A stretch of 63,090 bases of DNA, filler included. It is 4 parts of 4 records of this genome, joined end to end, with 100 filler letters (N's around TTAATTAATTAA, not from the genome) between each part and the next. Parts side by side here need not be neighbours in the genome. Positions count along the whole stretch, not along the records: positions 1 to 17,976 come from SRR20825019_2153; positions 18,077 to 46,460 come from SRR20825019_2158; 2 more parts are not named here. One strand, 5' to 3'. Within the stretch, counting starts at the first letter, position 1, and every line of letters begins with the position of its first letter. This document shows positions 9,633-18,322 of this stretch, one piece after another. The position numbers and the translations under genes were made by a program. The notes beneath the pieces are model-generated. The model was not told where the DNA came from and searched no databases. It saw only the letters and a program-made list of their open reading frames with translations.

Positions 9633-9773
9633 GCCCATCCTTCCTGCTGAAGGGTATGGCAAGGGCTGCCGTGATACTCGAGAGCGAGCGTAGGGCAACA
9701 AGAAGGCTAGAGCTAACGGATAGCAAACTACCCAAGGCCCGGATAGGGCTTTCGCCGACGCGACTCAGATCGA

Positions 9774-10106
9774 TCAGACGGTCGAATTTCGGACCCGAGC
9801 GGCGTGGAGGATAGATCCAGCGTGGGCGTTTGAGGTCATGGCGATGATCAAATCGTCCCGCGAGATGCCAAGGTCATCCAGCCTGGCATTATTTAGCTCC
9901 AGGAGGCCTAACAGCGCCGCCCGGCGAGAACGGGCGGTCTGCGCTTTCGTTATCCATAGGGCGAACGCGACAAGCAGATTGGCAGGCGCTACAGCCTCAA
10001 GTGACCGCCCCTGTTGGCCGAGCTTGGAGGGATGGGGTGCGAGGCCAGAATCGTGGTCATCAGTGGCCGATGCGATGGCGGTTCGGCTGATATTATGATT
10101 GCTCAT
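9774..10106 (-). CDS. DUF1127-like protein
   Basis: RSRRAALLGLLELNNARLDDLGISRDDL fits the DUF1127 pattern; has its own CueR-type box upstream. Confidence 0.7.
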   Translation of the reverse strand: MSNHNISRTAIASATDDHDSGLAPHPSKLGQQGRSLEAVAPANLLVAFALWITKAQTARSRRAALLGLLELNNARLDDLGISRDDLIIAMTSNAHAGSILHAARVRNSTV

Positions 10107-10145
10107 TGTCGTGGACCTTCTGGCAAACTGGAAGTACTGCCGAAC

Positions 10146-10176
10146 GTTGTCGTGCTGGCCACGGTGGCAAGGTCAA
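10146..10176 (-). promoter_or_regulatory. CueR-type box upstream of the DUF1127 gene
   Basis: Minus strand reads TTGACC TTGCCACCGTGGCCAG (GCCAC-C-GTGGC dyad), about 40 nt before the start codon. Confidence 0.65.
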
Positions 10177-10217
10177 GTGGTATTTGAATGGGACGTGCGC
10201 GTGCGAAATAATAGGCG

Positions 10218-10481
10218 ATGGGCATGGACCACGAGATGCTCCAGGCCCATGTGGACTTGATGACCGGCATGAACGAGACGAACACCCAGATGATGTCCTC
10301 AATGACCATTGAGGCCATTGACGTCGCATTCGTCTGTTCGATGATCCCCCATCATCAGAGCGCCATAAACATGGCCAAGGCCAAGTTCGCGCACGGCGAC
10401 GATCAGTGGCCAAGGACATGGCGCAAAAAGATCATCAACGACCAGGGGGAGGAAATCGTCGACACGGTCGCCTGGCTCTAG
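10218..10481 (+). pseudogene. Degenerate second DUF305 copy lacking the signal peptide
   Basis: Aligns to the C-terminal half of 6069-6527 (DVAFVCSMIPHHQSAINMAKA); segment AKDMAQK is displaced into another frame. Confidence 0.75.
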
Positions 10482-10584
10482 TGCGAGGGCGTCAACGAGT
10501 GGACGAGTTCGGAAGTGCGCCGCATGACGCACTTCCGGCTCTATCGCAACGCTCCGGTAATTTGGCCCGTGGTAACTGCAGCGC

Positions 10585-10899
10585 ATGCTCAATACGCTTA
10601 AGACAGAGATCACCGAGATATTGCAGCTAAGCCGGGATGCGCTACACATCCACGTCGGACTGGCGTTCTATTTGGCGGCTATGCTCGTGTTGCGCCGTGG
10701 CCCTGCCAGTTGGTTGCCTTGGTTCGCGCTTTTGGGCCTGGAGATATTCAACGAAGCGTTGGATACCTGGCATCATGGGCAGGTTCATCTCGATTTGAAC
10801 GGCAGCGCCAAGGACATTGTTAACACCATGTTTTGGCCAACTGTCCTGTTGTTGGCCTTCCGGTGGCGACGCCATCACGGCGAGAAGATCAAGCCGTAA
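10585..10899 (+). CDS. Small hypothetical membrane protein
   Basis: About 3 hydrophobic helices; SRDALHIHVGL, NEALD and DIVNTMFWP look like conserved motifs. Confidence 0.65.
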   Translation: MLNTLKTEITEILQLSRDALHIHVGLAFYLAAMLVLRRGPASWLPWFALLGLEIFNEALDTWHHGQVHLDLNGSAKDIVNTMFWPTVLLLAFRWRRHHGEKIKP

Positions 10900-11028
10900 T
10901 CGTCTTTGCGACCTGGACTCTTCACTATTGGCGTAAACGAAGAGCGGAGGCGCCCTTCAAGTGCTTTATTAGTTGTGACGATTTCGCCGCACTTCTGAAA
11001 TCATCCGCTACCGGTAAAGGTTACCCCG

Positions 11029-11268
11029 ATGCTGACCGTGCTCGCCAATCGCACCTATCGACATCTGTTCTTGGCCCAGGTCATCGCCCTGATCGGCACC
11101 GGACTGGCCACGCTGGCGCTTGGCCTCCTGGCCTTTGATCTCGCAGGTGCCGATGCGGGCGCTGTGCTCGGAACGGCTTTTGCCATCAAGATGGTGGCCT
11201 ATGAATGGGCTTTCGGTGAAGTCAGCCCCCTCTGCTCCATAGAGGGCTCCCAACGACCGTCCTATTGA
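11029..11268 (+). pseudogene. nreB: Truncated NreB-like (nickel efflux) MFS transporter
   Basis: MLTVLANRTYRHLFLAQVIALIGTGLATLALGLLAFDLAG...AIKMVAY matches the NreB-type N-terminus; similarity stops after about 58 aa. Confidence 0.75.
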
Positions 11269-11593
11269 AGTGAGAGACTTTCGATTGCCTGGGTTCGGAC
11301 GTTTCGGTGCGACGGGCCAGAACGTCAGCTATCGGGGTGCGGCCCAAACACGCTCAACGACCCGTTTGGGGCGCGTTGCTGCCTGTCCGCTACTCGAAAG
11401 TCTCCAGGCTTGCAGCATTTGTGGATCCGGTTCCGAACAATATCAGCGCATTGCCACCGAAATGCTGATCAGCGTCTGGACCGTGGGTTGATCCTGCTTC
11501 TTCCGCCATCGTGTTCCAGCCGGTGCAATCTTCGCCACATCTTCGCCCATAGCAACGTCAAGTGCGTGATCCTGGGGATCCACACTCCACGCG

Positions 11594-12343
11594 GTGGCGC
11601 TTTGGACCTTCGATCACTCACCATGCGGCATGCCCTCGAATCTCTACCGCGCCGATTTTGTCCTGGTCGACCACCTGCAGGCGACCTGGGTCCGCGCGGG
11701 TCGAGAAAACCTTGATCCTTATCTGTCCGTGGAACGCGAAAAACGCGTTTTTCCGTTGATCTGCCAGTTCGACCCCACTGATGGTCTTTACCACAACTGG
11801 CTGTCTCACTGGCGCCGCCGACTCTGGGACCAGCGAGGGTTTCGGACGAGCGTGGACCTCATGCAGCTGGAAGACGTCCGGCGGGCGCTTGCTCGATTCC
11901 ATGACCTCAAAGACCGGCTGCCCGTTGAGCGGCGGGATATCGGCCAGTACCGAACAGTGGATGACCTGAGGTCAATCATTCCAACCCGCATTGCAGAAAT
12001 CCAGCGTCGAAGAGAACGCGAAAGCCTCAAAGCAGAAGCCTACCTCCAATCCGAAATTCTCTACCGCGATGGCAAATGGATGGTGGTGCGGTTGAAGGGT
12101 TTTGCGGCAGCCCGGTTCTGGGGCTTGGGCACAAAGTGGTGCACAACCAGTGCCGAACACATCTACCTCAACTATGCCGACAAAGGTGACCTTGTGGTCT
12201 TCCTGACGCCACACGGAAAATACCAACTCGCTCCCGCCAGCGGAATGTTCAGGAATGAGCGCGACGACCCAGCCGACGTGAGCATTTTCCGTGGCGCGCC
12301 GCCAGCGTTCATGGGGTTGGTGAGCAGCTATCTGGGCCGATGA
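11594..12343 (+). CDS. Hypothetical protein with GTKWCT motif
   Basis: 249-aa ORF with globular composition; DPT..Y..WL, DIGQY, WGLGTKWCTT and KYQL motifs. Confidence 0.75.
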   Translation: MALWTFDHSPCGMPSNLYRADFVLVDHLQATWVRAGRENLDPYLSVEREKRVFPLICQFDPTDGLYHNWLSHWRRRLWDQRGFRTSVDLMQLEDVRRALARFHDLKDRLPVERRDIGQYRTVDDLRSIIPTRIAEIQRRRERESLKAEAYLQSEILYRDGKWMVVRLKGFAAARFWGLGTKWCTTSAEHIYLNYADKGDLVVFLTPHGKYQLAPASGMFRNERDDPADVSIFRGAPPAFMGLVSSYLGR

Positions 12344-12690
12344 CCGCACCAGACAACGCTGGATGGCAGAGATCTAGAGGTATGGAGAGGCAGGCTCGAC
12401 CCTCAGCGGTGCCGATCATTTTCATCGCCACAAGGCCGAAAACCGTTTCCCTTCCGTGCCTTAATCTATTCTCCACCCCATGCGTTCGGCGGCACGAAAC
12501 CAAAAATTAACCACTATTCGTGCTGGCGCAAAATGGGGATTGCCAAGCCAAAACGGATCCCGCAGCCTTTCCAGACGATGCCAATTCCGGCGTCGAAACG
12601 GTTGGAACCGCCCTCTGCAAAGGGCGGCCGACGGAAGGTCTGCAAACCCGCCGTCGACCTAACCGACATCAAACTGTTAGGACCAGTTCA

Positions 12691-13986
12691 ATGAAGGCTA
12701 ATGCCACCAATAGCGGCCCCGTGGCTGCATGCAACCCCCATTCCCCAACGTCTGATCTGCTCGCCTCGGGCGGTATCGATCTTTCTCATCCCGGGCTGAT
12801 CAGCCATCCGACGCTGACGCCGAGCGTGCAGGTGCAGATCCTGTCCATTGTGGATGCGACTGGCTCGGCCAGTATCGGTGAAATTGTCGCCGAGCTTCCC
12901 GGACATGTCGATCCGGTCAGCGCCATCTTCGCTCTCGTCGCTGCCGGTGCCCTGGTGGTGCTGTCAGAAGGCATCATCGATGCGCATACGGTTTTGGCCC
13001 GGCCGCTGCCGTCCGCCCAACCCGGTGACCTCGTCCCGGTTGACGCGGCTCCTTCACCAGTCCTTTCGCGCGAGAACCTGGAAGACAAGCTCGCCACTGC
13101 ACAATGGTCCGACTTTGTGGCCGACGCCGATGCCGAGCTGCCGCCAGACCTTGTGCAGGTGCCCTCCTCGTCTTTGCAGCCGCGGGTCCTTCGTGGGTCC
13201 GGCAGGCATCGTGCTGCATTCAAATATGCCCCCGGCCTGCAGCAGCCTGGTGTCTATATCCAGCTGTGCGGTTCGGAAGCTTACGTTGGCTTTGGCGGCG
13301 ATGTCGGGTTCCGGATCGCAATGGGCAAACAGATGGATGCTCTGCCTGACACCATCCTCGTCATCACTGACGCCAGTAATGGTCTGACAGAGGAAGACGC
13401 GCTCGCTCTCGAGCGGATTCTATGGGCCTATGTATCAGACGATGCCCACTTCACTGTGGTCAACAAGCAGCCCGACGGGGCCCCGATCAGCGTCGATCGC
13501 TACGATCAGTTGGCTCAGTTCACTGCGCAGATTGTGTTGGCACTGCGCCAGGCCGGCATCATGTTCCTCGAGGGTTCGGTGCGCCAGCGACTGGCTGGCC
13601 CCCGCGCGGAACCCGATCGCCTTGGAGCGGTCCGTCCCTTCGATTCCATTCCCGAAGGCCGGGTGATGGAACTCAACTATCGTGGTCTGACAGCACTGGC
13701 CGCAGAGCTTGATGACGGGACCTGGTTGCTGCTGCGGGGCAGCGACGTGCGTATCGACACGGTAAAATCCGCATCTGCCAATGCGTCCTTCCAAAGGGCG
13801 GCATGGCTGCATTCGGGCTTGTTGGAGCTGGCCGAGGATGGCAGCTGCTATGTCCTGATGCGGGACCTGGTCTTTTCATCGGGTAGCGCTGTGGGCCACT
13901 TCGTCTCGGGCAGCAAAGGTTTTGGCTTGAGCTGTTGGCAGCCGATAGACCCGGACGACTGTGAAATCGACGCGCGCGCTCTTTAG
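12691..13986 (+). CDS. wHTH-like plus GIY-YIG nuclease plus DUF4357-like protein
   Basis: PGVYI...AYVG..R..ALE..N GIY-YIG layout; C-terminal LLRGS...DLVFSSGSAVGHFVSG..G..CW; start uncertain (12520 or 12691). Confidence 0.7.
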   Translation: MKANATNSGPVAACNPHSPTSDLLASGGIDLSHPGLISHPTLTPSVQVQILSIVDATGSASIGEIVAELPGHVDPVSAIFALVAAGALVVLSEGIIDAHTVLARPLPSAQPGDLVPVDAAPSPVLSRENLEDKLATAQWSDFVADADAELPPDLVQVPSSSLQPRVLRGSGRHRAAFKYAPGLQQPGVYIQLCGSEAYVGFGGDVGFRIAMGKQMDALPDTILVITDASNGLTEEDALALERILWAYVSDDAHFTVVNKQPDGAPISVDRYDQLAQFTAQIVLALRQAGIMFLEGSVRQRLAGPRAEPDRLGAVRPFDSIPEGRVMELNYRGLTALAAELDDGTWLLLRGSDVRIDTVKSASANASFQRAAWLHSGLLELAEDGSCYVLMRDLVFSSGSAVGHFVSGSKGFGLSCWQPIDPDDCEIDARAL

Positions 13987-14070
13987 CGCGCGTCCGGCAC
14001 TCCGACTCCAAACCCCTTTCTAATTTTCTGTTCAAGGCGCGGCTTCGACCGCAGCCTATGGAGAACACGC

Positions 14071-16035
14071 ATGTCTCTTTCCGCTCTCAACAACAAGTCC
14101 CGCAACAACTCCAATGACAAGACCAGTGCCGGAGCCGCTTCCGACACAGCACCACGGGAACTCGAGCGTCCCGGTGAGGCTTTGGGCCGGCTCCTGCTCG
14201 ACAGGGCTCTTACGCCCAAGCTGCGCCGGCTGTTCAAGGCTGCGGCGAAGCTCATCATCATTAAGACCAAAGATGAGGCCACCGCCCGGCTGCTCGACAC
14301 TTACATCGCCTCCCAGGATCATAACGTGGTCGTCGAAGCCTTCTGTGAGCCGTCCCGCCCGGGGAAATCGCAGGAGCCGCAGGGCCGGCACGAGCTGGCG
14401 AAACTGCAATGGGGACGAACAGTCATCCTGATCTCACCGGACCCAGAGCGCATCCTGGTGCCCGAGGCCTTGGTTGGTGCGGATGTCATCATCACCGTAC
14501 CGCCTCCGAACCTGGCCGTCGTTCGGCAGACTATCCAGGCCGTCACCGGTCAAACTGTACGGGGCCTGCACCGCGCCCACCTCGAAGGTCTGAGCGTTGA
14601 AAATTTTGTCACGGCAATCCGTCCGCTGCTCTCGGCGCGAGAATGCGTGTTCAATCTGCGTCGGGCTTCCAAGGCTCTGCGCAAGGACGTCGGCGCCGCG
14701 ATTGCGGTTACCCTTGGGGACCTGGCCATGACCCGATCTGTCTCTGCCTGGGCCCTCGAGACGCTGGACCTCATGGAAAAGGTGGAAGAGGGCAAGCTCA
14801 AGTCGACGAGCTTGATCCATGGCTGCCTGGAAGGTCCGCCGGGCACGGGCAAGACCACACTGGCCCAAGCTGTGGCCGGTTCGGCCGGCTGGACGTTCGT
14901 GCGGACATCCGTTGGCGAATGGTTTGCAGATTCCGGCGGACATCTGGGTGATGTCATTCGCGCAGCCCGCAGGTTTTTCGACGAGATCGCGCTGGCCACC
15001 ACGCCAGTCGTCGGTCTGATCGACGAAATCGACAGTCTGCCCAACCGCGCTGCCATGGATGAAAAGGACAGCCAGTGGTGGACGCCCGTCGTCACTTTCG
15101 TTCTCACAGAGATCGACAAGCTCAGGCATGCTGGAAAGCCCATCCTGCTGCTTGGCGCCACCAATCACTTTGAAAAGCTAGATGGGGCCCTCATCCGTCC
15201 CGGCCGGCTGGAGCGGCGGGTTCCGGTCCTCTTGCCCGATTCCATGGACCGGCAGCGGCTGTTTGCGTGTTTTCTGGGGGACAGGCTACCGACATCCGCA
15301 GTGGTCCAGCTGGCGCGGCTGGCAACTGGCGCAAGTCCGGCGCGCATCAAGAGCTGGTGCGAAACGGCCCTCGCCCAGGCCCAAAAGACAGGCCGTCCTC
15401 TGGTCCTGCGCGACGTGTTGGACCTGGTGGCGCCGCCCGATGGCCGATCGCCGCACAAGGACCGTGCTGTAGCCCTACATGAAGCCGGTCACGCTGTGGT
15501 TGCGATTGAACTGGGGCTGCCTGTCCAGGAAGTGTCCATCCTGAGCATGGGCGCTATCGGCGGCTATGTGACCACCGGTGATGGCGACACCGGTCTTCTC
15601 ACCCGAGAACAGATCGAGCGGACCGGGATCATGATGCTGGGCGGTCGGGCTGCCGATGAGGCTTTGGGCTCTGGAGGTCATGCTGGGGCCGCGGCAGACC
15701 TTGAGAGCGTCAACTCCCTGTTGCGCGCAGCCATGTTGGACTTCGGTCTCTATGGTTCACTGCGGACAGCGAAGAACACGGACCATCGGGATTTTAAGAA
15801 TGGTGTTCCTCTCGCCATCGTCATCGATATCGAACTCAACCGCTTTCTCAAGCGGGCCACGGAAATCGTCATCCGCCGCCAGGATGACATTTTGCGCCTT
15901 GTCGACGTGCTTCTCGAAGAGCGGGTCATTACCGGCGAGCGCGTCTGTGAGATCCTCGGTGCACCCGAAAACACTCGGTCAGATCCTCCTTCTGACCTGG
16001 ACCAGACCCCGGCTTTGGCGGAGGCGTCATCATGA
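14071..16035 (+). CDS. Soluble FtsH-like AAA+ ATPase / M41 zinc metalloprotease
   Basis: Walker A GPPGTGKT, Walker B IDEID, SRH ATNH..LDGALIRPGRLE, HEAGH, LGGRAADE, GAAADL; no TM segment. Confidence 0.88.
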   Translation: MSLSALNNKSRNNSNDKTSAGAASDTAPRELERPGEALGRLLLDRALTPKLRRLFKAAAKLIIIKTKDEATARLLDTYIASQDHNVVVEAFCEPSRPGKSQEPQGRHELAKLQWGRTVILISPDPERILVPEALVGADVIITVPPPNLAVVRQTIQAVTGQTVRGLHRAHLEGLSVENFVTAIRPLLSARECVFNLRRASKALRKDVGAAIAVTLGDLAMTRSVSAWALETLDLMEKVEEGKLKSTSLIHGCLEGPPGTGKTTLAQAVAGSAGWTFVRTSVGEWFADSGGHLGDVIRAARRFFDEIALATTPVVGLIDEIDSLPNRAAMDEKDSQWWTPVVTFVLTEIDKLRHAGKPILLLGATNHFEKLDGALIRPGRLERRVPVLLPDSMDRQRLFACFLGDRLPTSAVVQLARLATGASPARIKSWCETALAQAQKTGRPLVLRDVLDLVAPPDGRSPHKDRAVALHEAGHAVVAIELGLPVQEVSILSMGAIGGYVTTGDGDTGLLTREQIERTGIMMLGGRAADEALGSGGHAGAAADLESVNSLLRAAMLDFGLYGSLRTAKNTDHRDFKNGVPLAIVIDIELNRFLKRATEIVIRRQDDILRLVDVLLEERVITGERVCEILGAPENTRSDPPSDLDQTPALAEASS

Positions 16036-16637
16036 GCATCGCCGCCGAAACCAAAGCTCTGGTCCAAGCCTGCCTCGCCGGGGATCCCGCTCTTGCGTCC
16101 CTGGCCGTTGTGGGGGCTTCCCCCGACACCTTGTCTGCGCATATCGCGCCAGGGCGTCCCGTCAATGCTATCGGTGGATCGAGCTTCTCCCCTCACCCGC
16201 CCTTCCACCGAGAAACCCTCGTGGAGCTCGTTGTGCGCATGCAGCTCCTGCGTTGGAACCGGTCGGCGCCCTTTAATCCCAAGGGGTGGCCACCAGAGGA
16301 TCGAGACCTGCAAGCCCTTCACAGAAAGCACGTCAAGGCGTTGGTCGGCTTTGAATGTGGCCCCGGTTGGACCGATCTTCTGGATGCAACCTTCTCCTGG
16401 CTTGACGAGATCGCCCCCACCAACAACTGGTCGCCTAGTCAGATCAAAGAGAAGTTTGGAACGCTTCGCTTCGATTGGTATGGCGACCTGCCGGACCTTG
16501 GTGATGAAATCATTGCGGCGGCCGAACACATCTCTGGCCACCTCTGCGAAATGTGCGGTGCCCAGGGGCACCTGCGCAAGGATATTGGCTGGTGGAGCGT
16601 GCGTTGCCGTGAACACGCCAAGGCGGCCTGGTCATGA
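16032..16637 (+). CDS. Hypothetical protein with QIKEKFGTLRF motif and C-terminal Zn-ribbon
   Basis: ECGPGW, QIKEKFGTLRF, CEMCG...CREH; ATGA overlap with the AAA gene. Confidence 0.75.
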   Translation: MSIAAETKALVQACLAGDPALASLAVVGASPDTLSAHIAPGRPVNAIGGSSFSPHPPFHRETLVELVVRMQLLRWNRSAPFNPKGWPPEDRDLQALHRKHVKALVGFECGPGWTDLLDATFSWLDEIAPTNNWSPSQIKEKFGTLRFDWYGDLPDLGDEIIAAAEHISGHLCEMCGAQGHLRKDIGWWSVRCREHAKAAWS

Positions 16638-16933
16638 AAAGGGTCTCCGCAAAAACGCTGAAGAGAGCCTTGAAGGACTGGGAGAAGCTATCCAATGGGC
16701 ACTCGCCCAGTCCGGCAGATCTGTCCAATGCGCCGCTGCTGACGGACTGGGAGCCACGCTGGACCGCGACGGGTGTCATGTTCTTGGTCGGAGTGGTTCG
16801 GGGGCATCCAAAGCTTCAAGACGGGCCGTGCAGTACATCCATTGTGCTTGCAGCCGATGTCCGCGAGGGCTGGGCCCGCACAATCAGCCGATACTACAGG
16901 CTCGGTCCCCAACGCGGAGAGACCCTCCATTGA
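16634..16933 (+). CDS. DUF6634-like small protein
   Basis: APLLTDW...GVVRGHPKLQDG..STS...GWARTISRYYRLG; ATGA overlap with the previous gene. Confidence 0.7.
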   Translation: MKRVSAKTLKRALKDWEKLSNGHSPSPADLSNAPLLTDWEPRWTATGVMFLVGVVRGHPKLQDGPCSTSIVLAADVREGWARTISRYYRLGPQRGETLH

Positions 16934-16985
16934 CTCCAGTCGGTTCGCACAAAGTCGCGGGCCGGCAACCCCAAATCACTCGATA

Positions 16986-17015
16986 TTGTAGTATGGTTCT
17001 AAACCGTACTATACT
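16986..17015 (+). promoter_or_regulatory. kfrA promoter with overlapping inverted-repeat operator
   Basis: TTGTAG-N18-TATACT overlapped by TAGTATGGTT-CTA-AACCGTACTA (1 mismatch). Confidence 0.55.
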
Positions 17016-17041
17016 GAACCCACAACCATCAGGAGCTCAGC

Positions 17042-17623
17042 ATGAGCGCAGAAATCGCAAGCTTGGAAAAAGTCCGCGCCGCCGTGGCCCAGCTCCATCT
17101 CAACCATCAACGCGCCACCGCCGACGCCGTCATTGCCGCAATCGGCGGTGGCTCGAAACCAACGGTCTTGAAACATCTGAAAACATTGCGTGAGGAGCCA
17201 CCGCAGGCGGTGGACGACCTTCCGGCTGGCATCCTCGATCTGGTCCGGCCAGTCGTCGCGCAGATCTTTGCCGAGGGCGGCAAAGCTGAAGCGGCGCGAA
17301 CCCGCGATCAGATTGAGCGACTGCACCGCATGCTGGGTGACCTGGAGGCAGAGGTGGAAACGCTAGGATCGGTGAATGCTGTGCTGGAAGAGCGAGTTGT
17401 CGAACTCAGCATTGCCCTCGAGCGATCAAACAAAGCCCTGTCGGCCGCAGAAGGGCAGCTAGCGGCCAAGGAGCGGAAAATCGAAAAACTCTCCACTCAA
17501 CTGACCGAGCGAGACGCCATGGCGCAGAGCCAACTTTCCGAGGCTATGAAGGGTGTCGACGAAAGACTGGCGCAGCTTACTCAACGGCTAGCCGACACGA
17601 AGGCCGATCTCCCAAGCACATAA
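17042..17623 (+). CDS. KfrA-like plasmid DNA-binding coiled-coil protein
   Basis: ATADAVIAAIGGGSKPTVLKHLK N-terminal HTH followed by a long heptad coiled coil; RBS AGGAG. Confidence 0.8.
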   Translation: MSAEIASLEKVRAAVAQLHLNHQRATADAVIAAIGGGSKPTVLKHLKTLREEPPQAVDDLPAGILDLVRPVVAQIFAEGGKAEAARTRDQIERLHRMLGDLEAEVETLGSVNAVLEERVVELSIALERSNKALSAAEGQLAAKERKIEKLSTQLTERDAMAQSQLSEAMKGVDERLAQLTQRLADTKADLPST

Positions 17624-17976
17624 GGTTCCGTATGCCACATCGAACTTTGTGGCAAAAAATTGCAATCTGGAAACACATTTCTAGAGTCTAGAAAAGTGTT
17701 ATCAGACTGTGGTTTTCTGTCACCAAATGAGGAGGTAACGGGGGTGTATTGTCCGAGGGTAGCAAGGCTGTTTTGAACGACCCATCGGCGTGTCGGCACC
17801 ATGCGACGGGTGGGCCGAACTGGGATCTGAAGAAGCGTCGACTCATCTGCGGCTCGTGAAATTTGCGGACCGGCTGAAGTGCGCCCCATGCACTAACCCG
17901 CTTCGCGGGAGGGTGCGCGCGGTCAGTTCAGCGTCATCGTTTAGGTCTTTGAGCGGCTGAGGTCGCAGTCGGACCA

Positions 17977-18076
17977 NNNNNNNNNNNNNNNNNNNNNNNN
18001 NNNNNNNNNNNNNNNNNNNNTTAATTAATTAANNNNNNNNNNNNNNNNNNNNNNNNNNNNNNNNNNNNNNNNNNNN
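17977..18076. other. Artificial contig spacer
   Basis: 44 N + TTAATTAATTAA + 44 N. Confidence 0.99.
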
Positions 18077-18077
18077 C

Positions 18078-18251
18078 GAGCGATGGCTGACGCGGGATGC
18101 CGGCCTCTCCCGAAAGGCGGCGCGCCGGCTTCTGGCCGGCGGCTATGACGCGCTTATTGGCAGGCAGGATGCGGCCATGAGTGCAGACGGGGCGGATGAC
18201 GACCGGCTTCTGGGTCTGCTGCGGCAGGCAAGCCGGATGATGACGCCCTGA
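18078..18251 (+). CDS. 3' end of HK97-family prohead protease (GTA)
   Basis: ERWLTRDAGLSRKAARRLLAGGYDALIGRQDA directly upstream of the capsid gene. Confidence 0.7.
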   Translation, partial: ERWLTRDAGLSRKAARRLLAGGYDALIGRQDAAMSADGADDDRLLGLLRQASRMMTP

Positions 18252-18322
18252 CACCCATCGACGGGCCGGACGCCCCAGGCATGGCGGCCCTATTCCAACG
18301 ACAATTGCGAGAGGACACGATT

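Noticed and set aside
9633-9773. Cuckoo/CcsR-type sRNA repeats downstream of the DUF1127 gene
   Set aside because: No CCTCCTCCC loop motifs were found on the coding strand.
14071-16035. Housekeeping ftsH
   Set aside because: It lacks TM helices and the FVG pore motif, and sits in an accessory context.
17900-17976. tRNA or att site at the CCA-ending contig end
   Set aside because: No cloverleaf or T-loop (GTTCGA) is visible; the terminal CCA is probably coincidental.
18021-18032. TTAATTAATTAA motif (also 46505-46516 and 56816-56827) as a CtrA site or biological repeat
   Set aside because: It is identical each time, centred in 44-N flanks and has stops in all six frames, so it is a concatenation linker.
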